From: an uncultured Lachnospiraceae bacterium | GTDB taxonomy: Bacteria; Bacillota; Clostridia; Lachnospirales; Lachnospiraceae | Direction: 5' to 3' | Length of the DNA stretch: 64,000 bases | Assembly: GCA_945830165.1 (NCBI GenBank) | Contig: CALZXR010000001.1 | Location: 315-64,314 of the forward strand | In this document: piece after piece, positions 57,634-64,000 of the stretch | How the letters are laid out: each line of letters starts with the position of its first letter | Position numbering within the stretch: position 1 is the first letter of the stretch | Notes under the pieces: generated by a model | Seen by the model: only the letters and a program-made list of their open reading frames with translations | Told to the model about the DNA's origin: nothing | Databases searched by the model: none | Position numbers and translations under genes: made by a program

Positions 57634-58533
57634 CTACATTTCGTCTTCAAAATAACCAAAGTTCTTCATCAGGAAATCGCTGTCGCGCCAGTTTTTCTGA
57701 ACTTTGACCCACAGCCTCAGATTCACCTTGCAATCCAGCATACGCTCAATCTCATAACGTGCCGTGCTTCCAATTTTTTTAAGCATACTTCCCTGCTTCC
57801 CGATAATAATCCCCTTATGGGTATCTCTCTCGCAGATGATCGTAGCATCAATCTGCATGACCCTTTTTTCCATTTTCATCCGGTCTATGGCTACGGCAAT
57901 ACCGTGGGGAACTTCTTCCTGCAGACAGTGCAGAGCTTTTTCACGTATCAGCTCTGCAACTATCTGGCGTTCCGGCTGGTCTGTAATTGTATCTTCGTCA
58001 TAAAACTGAGGACCATACGGCAGATGCTGCAAAATAACACGGATAAGTTCGTCCGTATTGTCCCCTTCTCTTGCCGACACCGGAACAATAGCCGCAAAGT
58101 CAAATTCCTTCCGATAGGCATCAATACAGGTAAGAACATCTTCTATCTTCACCATATCCGTCTTATTGATTACAAGAATGACAGGTGTTGTCACTTTATG
58201 AAGCTGTTCTATAATATGCTGTTCACCTGCCCCGATAAATGTGGACGGCTCTACCAGCCAGAGCACCACATCTACTTCATTCAGAGAACGATGGGCAATA
58301 TTGACCATATATTCGCCCAGCTTATTTTTTGCCTTATGAATTCCCGGCGTATCCACAAACACAATCTGTCCGTCTTCCGTAGTAAGCACCGTCTGAATCC
58401 TGTTCCTGGTCGTCTGCGGCTTATTGGATGTGATTGCGATTTTCTGCCCGATCAGATAATTCATAAGAGTGGATTTACCCACGTTCGGACGGCCGATCAG
58501 CGTCACAAAGCCTGATTTATAATTATCCTTCAT
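57634..58533 (-). CDS. era: GTPase Era
   Basis: GRPNVGKS, PQTTR, DTPG, NKTD, KH domain with IIIGKQG. Confidence 0.97.
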   Translation of the reverse strand: MKDNYKSGFVTLIGRPNVGKSTLMNYLIGQKIAITSNKPQTTRNRIQTVLTTEDGQIVFVDTPGIHKAKNKLGEYMVNIAHRSLNEVDVVLWLVEPSTFIGAGEQHIIEQLHKVTTPVILVINKTDMVKIEDVLTCIDAYRKEFDFAAIVPVSAREGDNTDELIRVILQHLPYGPQFYDEDTITDQPERQIVAELIREKALHCLQEEVPHGIAVAIDRMKMEKRVMQIDATIICERDTHKGIIIGKQGSMLKKIGSTARYEIERMLDCKVNLRLWVKVQKNWRDSDFLMKNFGYFEDEM

Positions 58534-58550
58534 ATTTTCTCCCATTCTTT

Positions 58551-61523
58551 TTAACAACTGCTTCCAAACAACATTTTTACTTCACCGAAAAGCTCTTTTG
58601 CTTCTTCAATCTTCTCTTCTCCGCCGATAACACAGATCTGATCGGCTGCCAGAAGGGCATCCACCACATCTGCAAGCCTGCGTATATCTTCCTGTGTCGC
58701 ATCCAGAATCCGGTCGCGTTCTTTCTTTATCATTTCTTCCGTCACATGATTCATATACAGATTCAGAGAACGATCACCCTTTGCTGAAGGATTCATCGGA
58801 CGATCAATATTGCTCATGGTACCGATAATATATTTGGTCATTTCACGTTCATCAGCCGTGAAATTTTTTAAATAATCCACAATTCCCCGATAGGTTTCCA
58901 GTGTCTTTTTCAGATTCGGGTCACGGTATGAAACAAGATAACTTTCTCCGATACGGTTAAAATTGCACATACAGCCATATGCCCCGCCCTTCACACGGAC
59001 ATTCTGCCACAGGTAATCATAACTCAAAATCACTTTCAGTATCTGCAGTGCCCCATGATACTGCATGCCTCTGTCGATAAAATTCCCTGCCTGTGCGACA
59101 TACTGAACCTTTGAAGAAGTCTTGAATCCTTCGTTCCGAAGTTTACAGTGCAGCACACAACGCGTTGCTTCCTGCCCACTGTTTCCATTTTTCTTATCTT
59201 TGCCGTCCGTCATATTGTCATATAACTGCCCTTTTAATTTACAGATTCCCTCTTCGGCAGCCGCAAGTCCTTCCCGGGCAGCCGTATAGCTCACCATCAT
59301 ATTATCTGCACGGAATATACGTTTTGCAATCAGTTTCAGATTCAGGATCAGTTCATCTTTATTTTCCTGAAAATTCTCTTCCAGCTCTCTTACTGCCTCA
59401 TAATATCCGATCCCGTCTGTCTCATCCTTGAACCGGGAAATCGGTGACGTGTAAGACAATGCCCGCAGTGCGGCAGTAGTATGTCCGGATGACAGGAAGG
59501 ACATCTGCAGCCTGGACTTAAGCATTGCAAGAATCTCTTTCAGACGCTTTTCGTCACCAAGCTTTGATTCCATGAGGATCTCCCTCATCATTGAGAGAAG
59601 CACATCCATCTTTGAGTAAAGAACCTTTCCTTTCATCTCAAAAGTCGCCCGGAACTCCTTTTCTTTTGCTTTTGTCACATCGGGATACAGCTCCAGCGAT
59701 GTCCCGATACCTCCTGTATGCACATTGATTTCATTAAACAGTGTGCCGTACTCATAATGCTCTGTGTCAATAATTCCCAGCACTGCCTGAAGAAATCCTA
59801 CATATGGAAGCTGTTCCTCCAAAATACCGGACAAATCAAACATAAGAGTCAGATATCCGATCCCGTTTGTCTCGATTTCGTGGTAAATCAGCGGAATTTC
59901 ATCCACCTTTCTCACCTCATTAATAATCGGTGTGATTTCCCTTGAAATGTCTTCCCTGCAAAGCACCGGTATCTTTGCCATATCTTCCGGGGCATCCTCC
60001 TGCTCCTGATACTCTGTCAGGCGCAGCGTATCCTCCTCCAGTTTCTCCACTTCCTCACGGCTCAGACTTTCTTTATACTGCTGCAGCTTCTGACGCAGTT
60101 CCCGATCCATACGGGCGGTCCTGCCCTTCTCAGGCTTTACAACAACAACTGAACCGTGAGTATTGTCAAGTATCCATGTTTTAATCAAATTTTCAAAATA
60201 ATCTGTCCCGACCTGTTCTTTCAGGAAATCAAATGTCGGAATTGCCTTCAGATGTATGAACGGCTGATTTTCGTCATACAACCAGCTGTCAAACAACTGC
60301 AGCCCATACATCAGCCCTTTCGGATAATTTCCAAAATCCGCTTCACGGAACCGGAATTCATGATAGTTGATTCCTGCTTCCAGGGCTTTTCTGTCAATTC
60401 CTGTCTCAGCAATATTTCGAAGTGTATTCTCTATCAGATCCACAAATTCCCGTTTCTGCTCCGGATTTGCATTCTTTGCAACGATTGAAAAGACCGGCTG
60501 ATAAATCCCATTATCATAAGAACCCATGATATCTTTTCCGATTCCGGCATCCACCAATGCCTTTTTCAGTGGTGCTCCGGGAGCAGACAGCAATGCATAG
60601 TCCAACACCTGAAAGGCAAGATACAGCTTTTCGTCCAGAGTCGTCCCAATTACCTTGTTATAAGACAGATAGGTATTGTCCTGTGTTGACTCTTCACTGG
60701 AAATAGAATATGCCTTTTCGATTTCCCGCACCTTGTCAAATGGTTTCTGAAACCGGATTTCTGAATCCACCTGCTTCTTATCAAATGCATTTAAATAATT
60801 CTCGTCCAGCCATCTCAGCTTTTCCTCCATGTCCATATCACCATAGAGGTAAATATAGCTGTTTGACGGATGATAATATTTCCTGTGGAAATCCAGGAAC
60901 TGCTCATAGGTCAGTTCAGGAATCACTTCCGGGTCTCCGCCGGATTCAAACCCATAACAAGTATCCGGGAACAAGGAATTCAGAACCATTCGGTCGAGTA
61001 CACCCTCCGGAGAAGAAAATGCACCCTTCATCTCATTGTAAACAACACCATTATAAGAAAGATCTCCGTCAACATCGTCAAGCCTGTAGCTCCATCCCTC
61101 CTGACGGAAAATCTCTTCATGCTCATAAATATTCGGATAAAATACGGCATCCATATAAATGTGCATCAGGTTCTGAAAATCCTTTTCATTGCAGCTGGCC
61201 ACCGGATATACCGTCTTATCCGGATATGTCATAGCATTGAGGAATGTATTAAGAGAACCCTTGACCAGCTCCACGAAAGGATCTTTGACAGGGAAATCCC
61301 TGGAGCCGCACAACACTGAATGCTCCATGATATGCGGCACCCCGGTACTGTCCGACGGCGGAGTACGGAATCCAATGGCAAACACCTTATTCTCGTCATC
61401 ATTTTTCATCACCAAAATACGTGCCCCGCTCTTTTTATGCTTTAAAAGATAACCATCTGACTTAATATCAGAAAGCTCCTCCTGCCGGATCAGTTCATAT
61501 GTGCTCAAATTATTAATATCCAT
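58551..61523 (-). CDS. M16C (insulinase/presequence protease-like) metallopeptidase
   Basis: Inverted zinc motif HIMEH, NAMTYPDKT, VRVKGGAYG, SYRDP. Confidence 0.92.
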   Translation of the reverse strand: MDINNLSTYELIRQEELSDIKSDGYLLKHKKSGARILVMKNDDENKVFAIGFRTPPSDSTGVPHIMEHSVLCGSRDFPVKDPFVELVKGSLNTFLNAMTYPDKTVYPVASCNEKDFQNLMHIYMDAVFYPNIYEHEEIFRQEGWSYRLDDVDGDLSYNGVVYNEMKGAFSSPEGVLDRMVLNSLFPDTCYGFESGGDPEVIPELTYEQFLDFHRKYYHPSNSYIYLYGDMDMEEKLRWLDENYLNAFDKKQVDSEIRFQKPFDKVREIEKAYSISSEESTQDNTYLSYNKVIGTTLDEKLYLAFQVLDYALLSAPGAPLKKALVDAGIGKDIMGSYDNGIYQPVFSIVAKNANPEQKREFVDLIENTLRNIAETGIDRKALEAGINYHEFRFREADFGNYPKGLMYGLQLFDSWLYDENQPFIHLKAIPTFDFLKEQVGTDYFENLIKTWILDNTHGSVVVVKPEKGRTARMDRELRQKLQQYKESLSREEVEKLEEDTLRLTEYQEQEDAPEDMAKIPVLCREDISREITPIINEVRKVDEIPLIYHEIETNGIGYLTLMFDLSGILEEQLPYVGFLQAVLGIIDTEHYEYGTLFNEINVHTGGIGTSLELYPDVTKAKEKEFRATFEMKGKVLYSKMDVLLSMMREILMESKLGDEKRLKEILAMLKSRLQMSFLSSGHTTAALRALSYTSPISRFKDETDGIGYYEAVRELEENFQENKDELILNLKLIAKRIFRADNMMVSYTAAREGLAAAEEGICKLKGQLYDNMTDGKDKKNGNSGQEATRCVLHCKLRNEGFKTSSKVQYVAQAGNFIDRGMQYHGALQILKVILSYDYLWQNVRVKGGAYGCMCNFNRIGESYLVSYRDPNLKKTLETYRGIVDYLKNFTADEREMTKYIIGTMSNIDRPMNPSAKGDRSLNLYMNHVTEEMIKKERDRILDATQEDIRRLADVVDALLAADQICVIGGEEKIEEAKELFGEVKMLFGSSC

Positions 61524-61678
61524 CTAAACAATGCCCTCTTTCCATCATAATTTTTATTCTATCTTTTTATTGAAACCTTGCTTTGTGACCTTTCAGCCGG
61601 GATGTCGGGTTCATCCTGTACGCACTGCTCAAAAAAACATATCCGAGAGTCCGTTAATCGCCCGACGACATCTGCATT

Positions 61679-61707
61679 ATTATATCATTTTTATAATTGG
61701 CATACAA
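61679..61707 (-). promoter_or_regulatory. SigA promoter of the M16-era-recO unit
   Basis: Minus strand TTGTAT, 17 nt, TATAAT. Confidence 0.7.
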
Positions 61708-61776
61708 CCGAAAAGAACACACTGCTATTCCTTCCCACATCCAATGGGGGACGATTCCTTCCTCTTCCATGCCCGG

Positions 61777-62721
61777 CTACTGTTCTTCTTTAAGCTCCTG
61801 TTCAGAAAATAATGCCTCCACCGCATCCTCATATGCTTTTAGTCTTTCCGCTTTTTTAATTTTTTTTACATACTTTTGATAATCTGTAAAAAGCGGTGCA
61901 AGAAATGCCCACAGCTCTTTCATTTTAAACAAAACATTTCTGTCACCCGGGATTGCTTCCCGATAACTCTCGTATAATTTATCATGGAATCGTTTCAGAG
62001 TTTCTTTCTTTGTGTTCTCCCCGGAACGAATCAAAACTGCCAGCCCCGGATTCATCACAAGGCCGCGCCCGATCATAACTGTATCCGTCTGAGGAAATGC
62101 CTCAGTAAATGTAAGATAGCCTTTTTTTGAAAAAATATCCCCGTTATAACAAACGGGATTCGTGCTGTTTTGGGCTGCTTCCGCGTATACTTCCAGATTT
62201 GGATGATTTTTATAAAAATCAAGCTGTGTGCGTGGGTGGATAATTAATTCTTTCATAGGGAAACGGTTATAAATCTCCAGAAGGCGTTCAAATTCTTCCG
62301 GACTGTTCTTTCCGATTCTCGTTTTGATGGATATTTCAATCCTTGTCCTGTCAAAAATCTCCTCAAGAAAGCGTTCCAATTCATCAGGATACGCAAGGAA
62401 TCCCGATCCTCTTCCTTTTGGAACAACCGTTTTTGACGGGCAGCCCAGATTAAGGTTGATTTCTCTGTATCCGAAAGCTTCCAGTTTTTCTGCGGTACTG
62501 ACAAAGTCATCTGCAGAATTTGTCAGTATTTGCGGAACTGCATACATCCCCCGGTTATGCTCCGGAAGAATGTCATCCCGTTCCCTTGAACTGAAATGTC
62601 CATGCTGATTTGGCTTTATAAATGGAATAAAATATTTGTCTATCCCCCCAAAGTATTCATATAATGCGTTGCGGAAAAGGTATCCCGTCACGCCTTCCAA
62701 CGGTGCCAGATATAAGTTCAT
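61777..62721 (-). CDS. tRNA-dihydrouridine synthase family protein
   Basis: LAPLEGVT, NLNLGCPS catalytic Cys, IIHPR, YNGDI, MIGRG. Confidence 0.9.
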   Translation of the reverse strand: MNLYLAPLEGVTGYLFRNALYEYFGGIDKYFIPFIKPNQHGHFSSRERDDILPEHNRGMYAVPQILTNSADDFVSTAEKLEAFGYREINLNLGCPSKTVVPKGRGSGFLAYPDELERFLEEIFDRTRIEISIKTRIGKNSPEEFERLLEIYNRFPMKELIIHPRTQLDFYKNHPNLEVYAEAAQNSTNPVCYNGDIFSKKGYLTFTEAFPQTDTVMIGRGLVMNPGLAVLIRSGENTKKETLKRFHDKLYESYREAIPGDRNVLFKMKELWAFLAPLFTDYQKYVKKIKKAERLKAYEDAVEALFSEQELKEEQ

Positions 62722-62782
62722 ATTAGCTTCTTTCCCTTCTGTATCAATTTATCAGTCGGTTATCTGTTTCGTCACTTCATTC

Positions 62783-62811
62783 ATTATACGGAAAAACACC
62801 AAGAGATACAA
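62783..62811 (-). promoter_or_regulatory. SigA promoter of the dus gene
   Basis: Minus strand TTGTAT, 17 nt, TATAAT. Confidence 0.7.
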
Positions 62812-62820
62812 TATTCTCTC

Positions 62821-62861
62821 AAAAAAAAGAGGCAGCCTCCCCGTTTTGGTTCAGCTGCCTC
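62821..62861 (-). terminator. Terminator after the SLH protein gene
   Basis: GAGGCAGC / GCTGCCTC followed by a long T run on the minus strand. Confidence 0.85.
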
Positions 62862-62907
62862 CAGGCGTCATTATTATTGACTTTTTTGTTTTTTCAATTG
62901 ACCCTTC

Positions 62908-63999
62908 TTACTCTACGTAAGCTTTGCAAAACCTCATGATGAGAGTTGCTGTTTCCACACGGTTTGCATTGCCCTGTGGATTCAGTTTTCCGCCGTCTCC
63001 CTTGATAAGTCCTGAAGCTACTGCCCACTTCATTGCATCCTTCGCAAATGCGTTCACTTTCTCAGCATCCGGGAAATCAGCCAGATCATCAGAAGCTTCA
63101 ACATTATATCCTTCCGCCTTCGCATAACGGTACAGGATCGCCGCAATCTGTTCTCTGGTAATCTTATCTGCCGGTCCGAACATTCCGCTGTTCGTGTAAC
63201 CGGTGATAACTCCGTTGTCATTAGCCCAGATCACTGCATTCGCAAACCAGTCGCCTGCCTTAACATCCGGGAATCTGCCATCAAATTCCACTTCCGGTGA
63301 ACCTGCGATCCGGTACATGATAACTGCGAACTGTGCTCTTGCAAGTGAATCACCAGGTCCGAAGGAACCGTCGCCGTAACCGCTCATCACATCATTGATA
63401 TATGCCCAGTTAGTTGCATCATAGAACCAGTCAGCTGTCTTTACATCATCGTAGAGCTTTTCTACGCCGTATACAGTAACCTTGATGTCTGCAGTCTTAT
63501 CACCTGCTTTTGCCGTAACTGTAGCTTCGCCCGGCCACATTGCTTTAATCTTTCCATTCTCATCAATTGTAAGAATCTCTTCATCAGAGCTTGACCATTC
63601 AACCTCCGCATCAGCCGGATCTACGGTCACTGTAAGCTCTTTCTCTTCTTTAATGATAATACTATCTGTTTCTGCATCGAAGCCGATGGATTTTACCGGT
63701 TCTTCCGAATCTGCCGGAACCAGATTGGCTGCCGCAGCTGCAAGCGCTTCTTTTGCTGCATCTACTGCTTCCTGGCTCTCTGCATTTTCTTCAGCTTCTT
63801 TTGCTGCTGCAAGTGCTGCGATAAATGCATCTTTTTCTGCGCCATCCTTATAACCGGTCAGATCAATAGCATCTGCTTTAGCGATTTCAGCTTCCAGTTC
63901 GCTGGTATCAACTGCCGGAGCCGGTTCTTTAACTGTAACTGTGAATGTTGCAGTCATTTCGTTATAAGTAACCGTAATTTCCTGCTGTCCTGTTTTAGT
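62908..63999 (-). CDS. Surface protein C-terminus (Ig-like, FIVAR, Big_2, SLH x3), 5' partial
   Basis: Frame is open to the window end (TKTGQQEITVTYNEMTATFTVTV); three SLH repeats (FGPGDSLARAQFA, FGPADKITREQIA, NPQGNANRVE). Confidence 0.88.
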   Translation of the reverse strand, partial: TKTGQQEITVTYNEMTATFTVTVKEPAPAVDTSELEAEIAKADAIDLTGYKDGAEKDAFIAALAAAKEAEENAESQEAVDAAKEALAAAAANLVPADSEEPVKSIGFDAETDSIIIKEEKELTVTVDPADAEVEWSSSDEEILTIDENGKIKAMWPGEATVTAKAGDKTADIKVTVYGVEKLYDDVKTADWFYDATNWAYINDVMSGYGDGSFGPGDSLARAQFAVIMYRIAGSPEVEFDGRFPDVKAGDWFANAVIWANDNGVITGYTNSGMFGPADKITREQIAAILYRYAKAEGYNVEASDDLADFPDAEKVNAFAKDAMKWAVASGLIKGDGGKLNPQGNANRVETATLIMRFCKAYVE

Positions 64000-64000
64000 A

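Noticed and set aside
1-64000. Numerous antisense or nested ORFs in the track (e.g. 2535-3026, 15992-17128, 29118-30098, 55672-56400)
   Set aside because: They are shadows of well-supported genes on the opposite strand or frame and carry no family motifs.
1-64000. CRISPR array, prophage, transposase or restriction/defence island
   Set aside because: No regularly spaced repeats and no cas, integrase, transposase or phage structural ORFs were recognised; gene content is core-genome-like throughout.

Overview
Core-chromosome segment of a low-GC Firmicute, most consistent with Lachnospiraceae (inferred from the SCIFF locus, spoVT, single-chain GlyRS, fused SecDF and overall gene content; not verified by a search). 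Nearly all long ORFs are recognisable housekeeping or metabolic genes, mostly on the minus strand: nadE-hslO, a PTS IICBA with a BglG-type antiterminator, ilvB-ilvN-ilvE, a Zn/Mn ABC transporter, thyA-folA, a small alarmone synthetase, aspS-hisS-hemZ-rel-recJ-secDF, scfAB, spoVT, pduL, trmO, a 1735-aa GH20/CBM32/SLH surface enzyme, pgm, ppdK, two M18 aminopeptidases, glyS-recO-era, an M16 peptidase and dus. Two tRNA-Gly genes and the 47-aa SCIFF precursor, none of them in the ORF track, were read directly from the sequence. I found no integrase, transposase, prophage or CRISPR array, and I cannot claim a proven new system. The best leads are regulatory: (1) an internal promoter with a perfect 8-2-8 palindrome in front of marR-thyA-folA-znuACB, suggesting a MarR-repressed folate/thymidylate plus zinc-uptake operon; (2) a RAT antiterminator split by a 60-nt AT-rich insert and followed by a Clostridiales-1-like structured repeat in the PTS leader; (3) an LTA-synthase-family enzyme with a Bsp-like tail next to a membrane-anchored beta-propeller; (4) tandem M18 aminopeptidases with a 12-bp stem that could mask the second start codon. 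Several CDS starts were moved from the ORF track to RBS-supported codons.
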